A DNA stretch of 64,000 bases from Escherichia phage FEC14. The position numbers and the translations under genes are program-made. The stretch is taken from the sequence record MG383452. One strand, given 5' to 3'. The notes beneath the pieces were generated by a model. The model saw only the letters and a program-made list of their open reading frames with translations, was not told the origin of the DNA and made no database searches. Shown in pieces: positions 46,740-55,982 of the stretch. How positions within the stretch are numbered: position 1 is the stretch's first letter; every line of letters starts with the position of its first letter.

Positions 46740-47546
46740 ATGAATTTACCATCATTGCCCAAAACTGAGAGAACACATAAAAGTGATTTCTGGCCGACTG
46801 TGATCAAATACCGCGCCTTTACAGCAGGGCAACAGACCATGTTACTTCAGGTTGCTGATCCGAACACTCCTATGAGTGAGCGCGTGGCAACATTGGAGCA
46901 ACTATTTGACAGTTGTGTTGATGCTGGCGTTCCCTTTAGTAAACTGCCAATCGGTGTTACTGAAGAAGTATTTTTAAAGATGCGCTGTATATCTATCGGC
47001 GAGGTCATGAAGATACGTTACAAATGTAATAACAAAGTTCAAGCCGAAACCAATGAAGGTGGTGAAGAACCAGTTTCTGGCCTTAAAGATTGTGGTCAAG
47101 AGCTTGTGTTACCGATCCCGCTCAATCAAGTAAAATGCGTGTCCCCAGAAGGCTTCAGGGAGACGTTTGATCTACCAGGTGGTTATCATATAAAGATGCG
47201 CCAGCCGTCCTTCTCGGATGCCTCAGTGCTTAATGAAGCATCCTCTGTTGAACAAATGATTGCCACCTTTATCGATTGTCTGTATGACGACGATGGTCAG
47301 GTTTGGAAGGTGGAAAATCCGGCTGAACCTGGTATCGATCCAGAAGTTGCTAAAGAACGCCAACGCATTAAGGATGAATTTGTCAAATGGGTTGGGGACA
47401 ATATTGAATCCGAGATTGTTCAGGACATTTCGAATGATTTCTTTAAAAAGATTCCGCGTATTCGTTACGCGACAAAAATTAAATGCCCTTCGTGTGGGAA
47501 AGAACACGAAGTCAAATTTAACAGTGTCACTGAGATTTTCATTTAA
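46740..47546 (+). CDS. late protein with C-terminal zinc ribbon (possible baseplate assembly protein)
   Basis: 268 aa; C-terminal 'KCPSCGKEHE'; late promoter box upstream; 'GGAGATACATT' before ATG. Confidence 0.5.
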   Translation: MNLPSLPKTERTHKSDFWPTVIKYRAFTAGQQTMLLQVADPNTPMSERVATLEQLFDSCVDAGVPFSKLPIGVTEEVFLKMRCISIGEVMKIRYKCNNKVQAETNEGGEEPVSGLKDCGQELVLPIPLNQVKCVSPEGFRETFDLPGGYHIKMRQPSFSDASVLNEASSVEQMIATFIDCLYDDDGQVWKVENPAEPGIDPEVAKERQRIKDEFVKWVGDNIESEIVQDISNDFFKKIPRIRYATKIKCPSCGKEHEVKFNSVTEIFI

Positions 47547-47694
47547 TTTTTGAAATTGATTTACTCTCCTATTTTGTGATGTGTGACGAATTAAAGGCAC
47601 ACGGCTATAGCATATTTGAAATCAGTGAATCGATGCCGTGGCATCTTGATTTGCTTACCGAGACACTGAAAATTAGATTGTCTAAGAAATCTTC

Positions 47695-47722
47695 CAACCC
47701 CACGTAATGTGGGGTTTTCTTT
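47695..47722 (+). terminator. rho-independent terminator
   Basis: 'aaccccacgtaatgtggggtt' followed by 'ttctttg'. Confidence 0.6.
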
Positions 47723-48064
47723 GCTTACCTGTATTACCGTTTAAGAAAGGATTGTTTAACCCGAAATTGCTATAACACCATTGTTCCTGATATGAATGTT
47801 GTGTAAATCTGTTTTGAATTTGTTTTGAAACAAAAATAATGCTTTTCTACGCATGTTCTGAGGTGTACAGTATTTTCCTCGCCTTTATGCCTCCATGGCA
47901 TTGGAATGGGACTGCCTGTCAAGGCGGTGTTACGAGCTTCAGCGAGTAGGAACGAAAAGAATAAAGGTTGAACGGAAGCAGAGCTTCCTATAATATATTA
48001 TTCGACAGATTTCAAATCCCCGCCATAAATATCACATGATTCTAATTGACTAATGGGTTTCAAT

Positions 48065-49678
48065 ATGTTAGACAACTTGCGTTGGTTTTACGGGCGCGTT
48101 GAAGACGTGAATGATCCCGATCAAAACGGGCGCGTCGCAGTACGCATCTATGGGGTACACACGGAGGATACCACTCTCCTGCCTACCGAATTATTGCCTT
48201 GGGGTAAAATGCTTATGCCAGCATCTAACGCCTCCTCGGCAGGTTTAGGCTGGTCTCCGACGGGTATCACTGTCGGCTCTGACGTTATGGGGTTTGCTTT
48301 GGATGAAGCATATCAGAACATCCGTATTGCATGGGTATGGCCAGCAGCAACACCAACAGATGGGTCAGATACAAACCCATTGGCGCTGGGTCAGGTCGTT
48401 CAATCTATAGAAAGGCAGAAGTATAATGCCGTCGAGAATGTTCCTGTTAAGATTGAGGATGAACCACAACCGGATCCACAACCACCAGTAGACGGATATG
48501 ATCCTGAGAAGTGGATGACCGTGGCTCGTGGGGAATTGGGTGTCAAAGAATATTCTGGTAAGTTCAATAACAACCCAAGGATATTGGAATATCATAAGAC
48601 AACTTCCCTGGGGGCTTCAGAAGATGAAGTTAGTTGGTGCGCGTCGTTTGTCGGATGGGTTCTGATACAGGCCGGATATACATCAACACGTTCTGCTTTG
48701 GCTCGTTCATATTTACAATGGGGATCTCCTCTGTCAGAACCACGTTACGGCGCTGTTGTTGTATTCCGGCGTGGGAACAACCCAACATTTGGTCACGTCG
48801 CATTCGTTCAGAAATTTGACGCCAACTACGTCTGGTGTATCGGGGGAAACCAATCCGATTCTGTGAAGGTGAGTCGCTTCAGCCGCTCATCTGTGTTGGG
48901 TTATCGTTGGCCTGGTCCTGCTACGACAGCATCGGCGGCTCCTGCGCAACAAAATGGTAAATGGTCTGAGCCAATCCCTGATCGTACACCAAAAGTTCAG
49001 GAAACTCCGCCTCCTTCTGGCCGTGTTCAGGATATTGACAACACAGGAGAGGTATCGGTTCCTTCGGCTGGAGGGTCTCGTTATCCATACAACAATGTTA
49101 TGGCTTCTCGAGCTGGGCATATTATGGAGGTCGATGACACTCCAGGCGGGGAACGTTTGCATTGGATGCACTCTTCTGGGTCTTACAAGCAAATGCTTCC
49201 TGACGGTGATGTTGTTAATAAATCAGTCAAAGATCATTATGACCTGACGATGTTCGACAAACGTTATTATGTGGGGGGTGATCATAACCTGACAATTGGT
49301 GGGACTGAAGTACAGCGCAAGAAAGGAGAAGTTTACCACTTACACTCTTCTAACTATTCCAATGTGGTCGCTGGAACAGCGTTGATGAAATTTTCCCAAT
49401 TGGCTGAGATACAGGCACAGAACGTGTTGCGTCTCATCTGTGAAATGTTGGAAGTTTCCAATACTTTGAAAGTGCCTAAAATACTGGCTAGTGAAATAGT
49501 TTGTGATAAGTTGTCGGTGGCGCAGACTATTGAAGGCAACATCAAATATGCTGAAGGCGCTGGTCGCGCCGCCTCACGTGCGGGGGCAACTCCTGTAACA
49601 ACTACAGGCCCAGGTCCAATTGATATAAAACCGGAGTTAGAGGATAACGGTGGCAATTTTGGTGGTAAAGGCGCATGA
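48065..49678 (+). CDS. baseplate hub/central spike protein (gp5-like) with CHAP peptidoglycan hydrolase domain
   Basis: N-terminus 'MLDNLRWFYGRVEDVNDPDQNGRVAVRIYGVHTED' parallels the T4 gp5 OB domain; CHAP-like 'SWCASFVGWVL...GHVAFV'. Confidence 0.65.
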   Translation: MLDNLRWFYGRVEDVNDPDQNGRVAVRIYGVHTEDTTLLPTELLPWGKMLMPASNASSAGLGWSPTGITVGSDVMGFALDEAYQNIRIAWVWPAATPTDGSDTNPLALGQVVQSIERQKYNAVENVPVKIEDEPQPDPQPPVDGYDPEKWMTVARGELGVKEYSGKFNNNPRILEYHKTTSLGASEDEVSWCASFVGWVLIQAGYTSTRSALARSYLQWGSPLSEPRYGAVVVFRRGNNPTFGHVAFVQKFDANYVWCIGGNQSDSVKVSRFSRSSVLGYRWPGPATTASAAPAQQNGKWSEPIPDRTPKVQETPPPSGRVQDIDNTGEVSVPSAGGSRYPYNNVMASRAGHIMEVDDTPGGERLHWMHSSGSYKQMLPDGDVVNKSVKDHYDLTMFDKRYYVGGDHNLTIGGTEVQRKKGEVYHLHSSNYSNVVAGTALMKFSQLAEIQAQNVLRLICEMLEVSNTLKVPKILASEIVCDKLSVAQTIEGNIKYAEGAGRAASRAGATPVTTTGPGPIDIKPELEDNGGNFGGKGA

Positions 49679-49742
49679 TTACGCTGGTGAGGGCAGATAA
49701 TGCCCTCTCGTGCTGGAGAGGCAATATCCAAAGGGGTTTAAC

Positions 49743-50123
49743 ATGAAAGAGTACAAGGACATTGACCTGAAGTTTGGCATGCATCCGGTCACCAAAGATG
49801 TCACTAAGAAAACAGGCATTTATGCTGTACTACAATCTGTGCGTAATATAGTGATGTCGACGGTAGGTGATTGGCCGACGTATCCGAGTATTGGGGCGGG
49901 GTTGTATACCATGCTGGGAGAAAACACAAATCCCACGATACAGGTCGACGTGAAGAACAAAGTTGAAGATGCCATTGCTCTTTTTGAGCCAAGAGCTGAA
50001 TTGCAATCTGTTGATGTATCATTGTCGGACGATTATCATTCTCTGGGCGTAACCATCACGTTCTATGTGGTCAACAACCCAGAGCCGATAACAGACACCA
50101 TATGGTTGAAACGGACAAATTGA
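49743..50123 (+). CDS. baseplate wedge protein (gp25 / GPW family)
   Basis: 'aagggg' SD; pattern 'LFEPRAELQSVDV...VTITFYVVNNPE' parallels T4 gp25 'NYEPRIDKLAVNV...IVEIRFSVIDNPD'. Confidence 0.7.
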   Translation: MKEYKDIDLKFGMHPVTKDVTKKTGIYAVLQSVRNIVMSTVGDWPTYPSIGAGLYTMLGENTNPTIQVDVKNKVEDAIALFEPRAELQSVDVSLSDDYHSLGVTITFYVVNNPEPITDTIWLKRTN

Positions 50124-50462
50124 TTAAAGAACGTCCGTGGCAGAGCATTTTGTCACCAACTCAAAATGAGTTAATAAACGATATAATATTTTCCCACCCG
50201 TTCTGTGGACTATGGTGGTTGGTTTCAGATTAACCACCATACCGTCCAGATTACCTGTCAACACAAATGTCAGACGGATGCGTAAGACGTTGGTGCCTTC
50301 AGAACGCATTATTTGGCAGTCATGGCTATATCCTATTTGCTTTCCCTTTAGAACCAGAGGGATACGGACATTTTCCTTTAACAGAATATCCAAATTTTCA
50401 AATAATGGACCTTCCTTTTTGTGAACAGAGTACACTGTTTCTAATATCGGGAATTTGTACAT
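50124..50462 (-). CDS. hypothetical protein (weak gene model)
   Basis: 112-aa ORF whose stop abuts the gp25-like stop and whose start sits 1 nt from the upstream ORF stop in another frame. Confidence 0.3.
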   Translation of the reverse strand: MYKFPILETVYSVHKKEGPLFENLDILLKENVRIPLVLKGKQIGYSHDCQIMRSEGTNVLRIRLTFVLTGNLDGMVVNLKPTTIVHRTGGKILYRLLTHFELVTKCSATDVL

Positions 50463-50463
50463 A

Positions 50464-50925
50464 TCACGGCACCAAAGTAATGACGATCATATTGAGTACT
50501 GTATCAACCGCGACACCAGAATCTTCTTCATGGATAGTTGATGCACGTAAATGAATGTCAGAAATATAATTGTCTATATGCATCGACGTCAAATAAGGAC
50601 GGTGTTGATACACAGGACGGTTGACCTGAACATATTCACGCAGAATGCTGAATGAAAAGTCTTCACATTGAGTGGTGTCAATGCGCAAAAATCTTTGAGC
50701 ATGGCAGGTCTTTAACTCGGTCACTTTCCCCAAATAATGGAGGTCTCCGGATGAACCGATGCGGAACATCACGTCTACTTCAGATTTGAAAATTTCGCGT
50801 TCAATAAGGGTCGCTGGTGCCCAACAAACTTCTTCCTTGTCTTCAGCAAACAACGTGTCTATCACTTCTGGTAATTGGATATAACCAAAGTTGTGGCGGG
50901 GGTTGGTGAGTAATTTGTTGGACAT
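50464..50925 (-). CDS. hypothetical protein
   Basis: 153-aa ORF. Confidence 0.45.
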   Translation of the reverse strand: MSNKLLTNPRHNFGYIQLPEVIDTLFAEDKEEVCWAPATLIEREIFKSEVDVMFRIGSSGDLHYLGKVTELKTCHAQRFLRIDTTQCEDFSFSILREYVQVNRPVYQHRPYLTSMHIDNYISDIHLRASTIHEEDSGVAVDTVLNMIVITLVP

Positions 50926-50926
50926 G

Positions 50927-51160
50927 TTATGCTCCTATTACGTGCTGTTTGGCTTGTTCATAGGCTGTGCGGAGTTCAAGATAAGAATCTGCCAACAACG
51001 GTGATTTGTCGTTTTTCCGATTCATGATTATTTGGTGGTTAACGACAGCACGGCGTAATCTGAGTTCTGCCACCCAGAATGCTTTTTGTTTTGCGTGTCC
51101 TGGACGGGCGCGTAGGTCGTGATAATGCATAGAAGCATGATATATTTCAGAGTTGGTCAT
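50927..51160 (-). CDS. hypothetical small protein
   Basis: ATG preceded by 'AGCAGGAACTATATC'. Confidence 0.45.
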   Translation of the reverse strand: MTNSEIYHASMHYHDLRARPGHAKQKAFWVAELRLRRAVVNHQIIMNRKNDKSPLLADSYLELRTAYEQAKQHVIGA

Positions 51161-51237
51161 GATATAGTTCCTGCTATTCAATTTGTGGCGTTTGCCAATA
51201 AATTACTGGGAAGTATAGGCGGAAAGGTTTCAAAAGT

Positions 51238-51260
51238 AAAGCCCCTCATTGAGGGGCTTT
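51238..51260. terminator. rho-independent terminator
   Basis: 'aaagcccctcattgaggggcttt', 7 nt downstream of the glutaredoxin gene stop. Confidence 0.6.
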
Positions 51261-51266
51261 GAAAGA

Positions 51267-51491
51267 TCAGCGTTTCAAACTTGCGGCGAGTCCAGTAACG
51301 TCGGTCACGGTTTGATCAGCCAGGACAATCACGGGCATAGACATGCGCTGTTTACCAGTGATTTTCTGTAATTCTTCCAGCTTGTAATCTTTGTCTAGCT
51401 TCAGAATTTGGTGTTCAATACCGCGAATGCGACAGATGTTTTCAGCTTGTAAACATTGCGCACAACCTTGTTTGGAATAAATCGTAATCAT
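51267..51491 (-). CDS. glutaredoxin/thioredoxin-like protein (NrdC/NrdH-type)
   Basis: 74 aa, 'CAQC' redox motif near the N-terminus; adjacent to nrdB. Confidence 0.65.
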   Translation of the reverse strand: MITIYSKQGCAQCLQAENICRIRGIEHQILKLDKDYKLEELQKITGKQRMSMPVIVLADQTVTDVTGLAASLKR

Positions 51492-51500
51492 TTCTCACCT

Positions 51501-52604
51501 TTAGGCAAATTTCAGACCGTCGGAGACTGATCCAGTAAGGACACCAGTCAGATAATCAGGGGCTTCCGCTTCCTGTAATGCATATTGCATTGTTTTATTA
51601 TCTAGCCACTCATTTATCCATGGCACCGGATTGTCTTTACGGGCTTGTCCTGGATATGGGTGGCCAATGGCTCCCATACGGTGTGTTGCCAACCAGTCCA
51701 CCATTTGATGAAGGATATTTGCATTCAGTCCCAGCATTGAGCCGTCTTTGAACAGATAATTCGCCCATTCTTTTTCTTGGTTGACAACGTCGACATACAT
51801 CTGGGTCATTTCGCCGCGCAGTTCTTCTCTAATAATGGCAAAATCAGGGTCCATCAGTGGCAGACGGTTCAGGAAAGTCTGGGTCAGGATGAGGTGATCT
51901 TGCTCATCACGAGCAATCTGACGGATGATTTTAGCGTTGCCTTCCATTTTGTTGAGGAATTGCATGAAAGCCCAAGAACACGCGAATGAAACATAGAAAC
52001 GAACGCCTTCGAGGGAGTTAGCAGCAAACAGAGCACGCCAGAATGCACGCTTGGCGTTCATGATGTCTTCACGGGTGAACGCGCGTCCAGCCATACGCAT
52101 CCCGCTGTAACGCACCATGTCGTCGTAGTATACGCTGATCTGTCCGGCGCAATCGACGATCTCCTGAACGTCCAGAACATGGTCAAAAACGATACCAGGA
52201 TCATTCACTGTGTTACGAAGGATATGCGTGTAAGATAGTGAGTGGATGGCTTCTTGGCGCGTCCACTCCAGAATAGCAAATTGCGCTTCTGGTGTTGATG
52301 CCCATGGGCCAAACGCTTCGAACGGAGCAGCACCCTGGATAGAATCCAGCATGGTCTGTCGTTTCAGGTTGCTGAAGTAGATGTGTTGTTCCGCAGCGGA
52401 TAGAGTGGCAAAGTCTGCTTTGTCTTTGGTGACATCCACTTCTTCCGGACGCCAGAATTGGCTGAGGCCTTTTTCATACCATTTTTGAACAAAAGGCCAA
52501 GCCACTTTGTCATAACGCTGGATACTTACAGGGTCGCCAAAGAATGGCAGTCCTGTATTATTTGAAGATGGATCGAATACTGAGAATTGCTTTTGTTCGT
52601 TCAT
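51501..52604 (-). CDS. nrdB: ribonucleotide reductase small (beta) subunit
   Basis: 367 aa; di-iron/tyrosyl-radical family features (e.g. 'EAIHSLSY', 'FAANSLEGVRFYVSFACSWAF'); directly downstream of nrdA. Confidence 0.85.
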   Translation of the reverse strand: MNEQKQFSVFDPSSNNTGLPFFGDPVSIQRYDKVAWPFVQKWYEKGLSQFWRPEEVDVTKDKADFATLSAAEQHIYFSNLKRQTMLDSIQGAAPFEAFGPWASTPEAQFAILEWTRQEAIHSLSYTHILRNTVNDPGIVFDHVLDVQEIVDCAGQISVYYDDMVRYSGMRMAGRAFTREDIMNAKRAFWRALFAANSLEGVRFYVSFACSWAFMQFLNKMEGNAKIIRQIARDEQDHLILTQTFLNRLPLMDPDFAIIREELRGEMTQMYVDVVNQEKEWANYLFKDGSMLGLNANILHQMVDWLATHRMGAIGHPYPGQARKDNPVPWINEWLDNKTMQYALQEAEAPDYLTGVLTGSVSDGLKFA

Positions 52605-52623
52605 GTTTCTTTCCTGATGAATA

Positions 52624-52643
52624 AGGGGTGACGAATCACCCCT
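52624..52643 (-). other. intercistronic hairpin between nrdA and nrdB
   Basis: 'aggggtgacgaatcacccct' lying between the nrdA stop and the nrdB SD. Confidence 0.5.
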
Positions 52644-52674
52644 GATATTAAACGTTTGTGTTGTATAGACCTAA

Positions 52675-54951
52675 TCAAACAACACAGGTATCACAAATTT
52701 CTTCAACTTGTTTCAACTCTTCATCTTCCTTGGAGTCTTTGTTGGTGTTGTAATACAGAGTTTTACCACCCCACATGTAGAAAGACAGAATATCCTGCAT
52801 CATAAGAGAGCGCGGGATCTTGCCTTCTGGATATTTCTCTGGGTCATACCATGTGTTGGTGCTGATAGATTGATCTACCCAACGTTGTATGACCGCAGCC
52901 GTCTTCAGGTATTCAATACAATCCAGATTCCATTTCAGGTCATATAGAGGACCAAGGGTTTCTACATCCGGAACGATCTGTTTATAGACGCCGTCCTTGC
53001 TGCCTTTGATGCTGATGAGACCTTTTGGTGGCTCTATACCGTTCGTTGCGTTCAGCACCTGAGAGGAGCTTTCAGTTGGTGCTACGGCTAACAACGTGGC
53101 GTTACGGATCCCATACTCGGATAGGTTCTGCTTAAGACCTTCCCAGTCAAGACCATAGGCTTGCCCAACAGGCTTTTTGCCATTGGGTAGGATGTCCAGC
53201 GGGAGAGGCTGAAGGTCGGCTGTTACAAATCCGGAATCATGGATAGTTGATTTCTTACAAGATCCGAAACGCATGGCCAGACGGTTGGACGCTTTGACCA
53301 AGTAGAAATGAAGATGCGCCATCCACTTGTCTAGAAGTTCTAATCCGATAGGCGATCCATAACCCGTGAAATTCTTGGCCAGGAAATGTGCGACGTTGAC
53401 GATACCGATACCCAGAGGACGATATTCTTCTACGGCCAAACGGGCTTGGCGAGCTGGGTAGTCCTGATATTCCAACAACATATCCAAAGCTGAAACCAGA
53501 ACGAAAGCAACATCTTCCATTTCTGTTGGATCTTCAAATGCCGTCAGGTTAAATGATGCGAGTGTACACAGGGCAATGCGACCATCTTCATCATCATACT
53601 GTTGGAACTCACGAGTCGGGAGCGCGATTTCTAAACACAGATTAGAGCTATAAATCGTGTCCAAATTGAACGGACTATACTCGTTCATGTGATCAACGAA
53701 TGCGATGTAGATCCGTCCAGTGTCAGAACGCTGGTCTAGTAGCATTTGGAACACTTCTTCAGCTTGCAGCTTTTTGGAACGACATAACCCGGCGTCGGCG
53801 GCCTTGATCATATTGTCGTACATTTCGCGGAATTTATTGACGTCTGCGAAAAATGCTTCATACATTTCGCGGTTGTCTTTTGGATCAAACAGGTATAGAG
53901 GCTGTTTGTTCACCAGGCGCTCGAACATGACGCGGTTAATCTGAATCCCATAGTCGATACGGCGTTCACGGTTCTCTTCCAATCCACGGTTGTTTTTGAG
54001 AACAACGACATCATCAAATTGATAATGCCAGATGGGAACATAGCATGTTGCCGATCCACCACGGATACCGCCTTGAGAGCAAGACTTCAGGGCACCAGTC
54101 AAATACTTGATGAATGGAACCAGACCTGTATGGACCATTTCCCCTTTACGGATAGGGCTACCGATGCCACGAATTGCTCCAACATCGAATCCGATGCCAG
54201 CACGTTTGGAAACATAATCCACGATGCTTTTCGCAGTGGCATTAATTGAGTCCAATGTATCACCAGTTTTGATCAATACACAAGAGCTGAACTGTCGGGT
54301 CGGGGTGCGGACGCCGGACATAATAGGTGTTGGAAGACTGAATTTGCCTGTACTGGCGTATTCATAGAACTTCTTCACCATTGTCAGTCTGCTTTCTTTA
54401 TCCCACGCTGAGAATAATGCCATAGCGATTGCCATGTACATGACTTGAGGGGTTTCATAATACACTTTGCTGTCAGAAGAACGATCACGCAAAAGATATT
54501 TTTGAGTCAGCTGGCCCATTGCTGCCCAAGTGAAATTCTTGTCGCGTTTGTGGTTGATGACTGTGTTAAGTTCTTCGAATTCTTCTTTAGAGTAAAGTTC
54601 GAGGAATTCGCGGTCATAAACACCCAGCTTGGTGTTCTTTGCAAAGATATCCAGCAAATGAGGTGGCTTGTACTGACCATAGACAACCTTGCGCAGGTCA
54701 TACGACTTCAGGCGGGCAGCAACATATTGATAATTGGGTTTATCAACAGAAATTAAGGTGGCCGCAGCTTGGATAATGATATCCTGAATGCGTTCGGTTT
54801 TCATGTTATCGGTGAATTGAATCTTCGATGCAGCTTCCACCTCAGACACTGATACTCCTTCAAGGCCGTCACATGCTCGTTCAATAACGGTATGGAGTTT
54901 TTCAATGTCAAAGGGGACAGAAGATCCGTCCCGCTTTATGATGTTAATCAT
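52675..54951 (-). CDS. nrdA: ribonucleotide reductase large (alpha) subunit, class I
   Basis: ATG with 'GAGGA' SD gives 'MINIIKRDGSSVPFD' (ATP-cone N-terminus); about 758 aa. Confidence 0.85.
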   Translation of the reverse strand: MINIIKRDGSSVPFDIEKLHTVIERACDGLEGVSVSEVEAASKIQFTDNMKTERIQDIIIQAAATLISVDKPNYQYVAARLKSYDLRKVVYGQYKPPHLLDIFAKNTKLGVYDREFLELYSKEEFEELNTVINHKRDKNFTWAAMGQLTQKYLLRDRSSDSKVYYETPQVMYMAIAMALFSAWDKESRLTMVKKFYEYASTGKFSLPTPIMSGVRTPTRQFSSCVLIKTGDTLDSINATAKSIVDYVSKRAGIGFDVGAIRGIGSPIRKGEMVHTGLVPFIKYLTGALKSCSQGGIRGGSATCYVPIWHYQFDDVVVLKNNRGLEENRERRIDYGIQINRVMFERLVNKQPLYLFDPKDNREMYEAFFADVNKFREMYDNMIKAADAGLCRSKKLQAEEVFQMLLDQRSDTGRIYIAFVDHMNEYSPFNLDTIYSSNLCLEIALPTREFQQYDDEDGRIALCTLASFNLTAFEDPTEMEDVAFVLVSALDMLLEYQDYPARQARLAVEEYRPLGIGIVNVAHFLAKNFTGYGSPIGLELLDKWMAHLHFYLVKASNRLAMRFGSCKKSTIHDSGFVTADLQPLPLDILPNGKKPVGQAYGLDWEGLKQNLSEYGIRNATLLAVAPTESSSQVLNATNGIEPPKGLISIKGSKDGVYKQIVPDVETLGPLYDLKWNLDCIEYLKTAAVIQRWVDQSISTNTWYDPEKYPEGKIPRSLMMQDILSFYMWGGKTLYYNTNKDSKEDEELKQVEEICDTCVV

Positions 54952-54990
54952 AGCGATCCTCGGTTTGTGTTTATGCAGGCTGTTATTATA

Positions 54991-55017
54991 CACCGCCTCC
55001 ATGGATTGAAGGCGGTG
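54991..55017 (-). terminator. hairpin (possible terminator) between phoH and nrdA
   Basis: 'caccgcctccatggattgaaggcggtg'; on the minus strand it is followed by 'TATAAT'. Confidence 0.4.
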
Positions 55018-55035
55018 GGGAAGTTCGTGTGGTAT

Positions 55036-55875
55036 TTAAATGTTGTACAGGTCGTTAATTTCTAACATTAGGCGGGTGAAGTTGCCGCGACCATTACGAT
55101 CAGACTTATCGAATTCGATGATGCTGAATGGTTGAACCCACTCTGGATATTCATCTCCGATTTCTACGCCGTCAATTTGCAAGGAACCTGTTTCCAGCTT
55201 GTTGTTGAAGTCTTTAAAGGAATCCACATACGTCTGTAACGCACTATCACGCAGTCTCTTGTTAGACTGTTTGATATCTCCATTCACGAAGATGTACGAA
55301 GAATCTGAAGCACGGGTCAGTAAGTTCTTCAGCTGCTCCATATCGCATTCCTGCGCCTCTTCGATAATCAGGAAACAATCATCGAAAGTCATCCCTTTTA
55401 CAGTTTCAAGGTCTTGAATTTCTATGATGCGTTTCTCCCACAGATAGTTGAAGAAACCGTCGGAACCCGTATCTGTTTTGAGAACCTTTTTAAATGTCTG
55501 TATGAGCGGCATCAAATAAGGCATCAGCTTTTCATATGTGTCACCAGGCCGGAACCCTGCTGTGGTGCCAGTTGGAAGGGGAGAACGTGTGATGATGATC
55601 TTGTTGATTGTTTTGTCTATCAGATGTTTTGCTGCAGCAGATGCACCACAATAGGATTTGCCTGTACCTGCCGGACCGATAGCGATAGTGAGGTGTTCGT
55701 TTAATGCGGATTGATATGCGAGGTTCTGATTTTCTGAGAGGCCATTGAACGGAGCAATTTTGAAATCACCTTTAGAAAATTTCATCCAGTCTTCTTCCTT
55801 CTGGATGGTGTCTTTCTTACGAGCAGATTTTGTCTTCGCTGGCTTCATGGATACAACTTTAGACGCAGATTGCAT
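55036..55875 (-). CDS. phoH: PhoH-family ATPase
   Basis: Walker A 'GPAGTGKSY'; 'aggaagg' SD before ATG 55875. Confidence 0.75.
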   Translation of the reverse strand: MQSASKVVSMKPAKTKSARKKDTIQKEEDWMKFSKGDFKIAPFNGLSENQNLAYQSALNEHLTIAIGPAGTGKSYCGASAAAKHLIDKTINKIIITRSPLPTGTTAGFRPGDTYEKLMPYLMPLIQTFKKVLKTDTGSDGFFNYLWEKRIIEIQDLETVKGMTFDDCFLIIEEAQECDMEQLKNLLTRASDSSYIFVNGDIKQSNKRLRDSALQTYVDSFKDFNNKLETGSLQIDGVEIGDEYPEWVQPFSIIEFDKSDRNGRGNFTRLMLEINDLYNI

Positions 55876-55954
55876 GTTGAACCTTCCTATATCTACAGGG
55901 GTTGTCGACACCTTTAATTAAGCGACACGCCCAGCATACCTGTATATCAGATAA

Positions 55955-55978
55955 AGAAAAAGGCCGTTTCCGGCCTTG
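55955..55978 (-). terminator. rho-independent terminator
   Basis: Minus strand 'aggccggaaacggcct' followed by 'ttttctttat', just past the endolysin stop. Confidence 0.6.
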
Positions 55979-55982
55979 AGGA

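Noticed and set aside
48005-48030. tRNA-like T-arm sequence 'gatttcaaatccccgcc'
   Set aside because: The flanking bases do not form a complementary T-stem and no acceptor or anticodon stems can be built around it; it overlaps the late-promoter-like box instead.
48887-49192. Arginine-rich antisense ORF inside the gp5-like gene
   Set aside because: Compositional artefact opposite a well-supported CDS.
51501-55002. Possible group I introns or inteins in nrdA, nrdB or the TS-family gene
   Set aside because: All three ORFs are continuous and of expected length, with no internal interruptions or extra in-frame domains visible.
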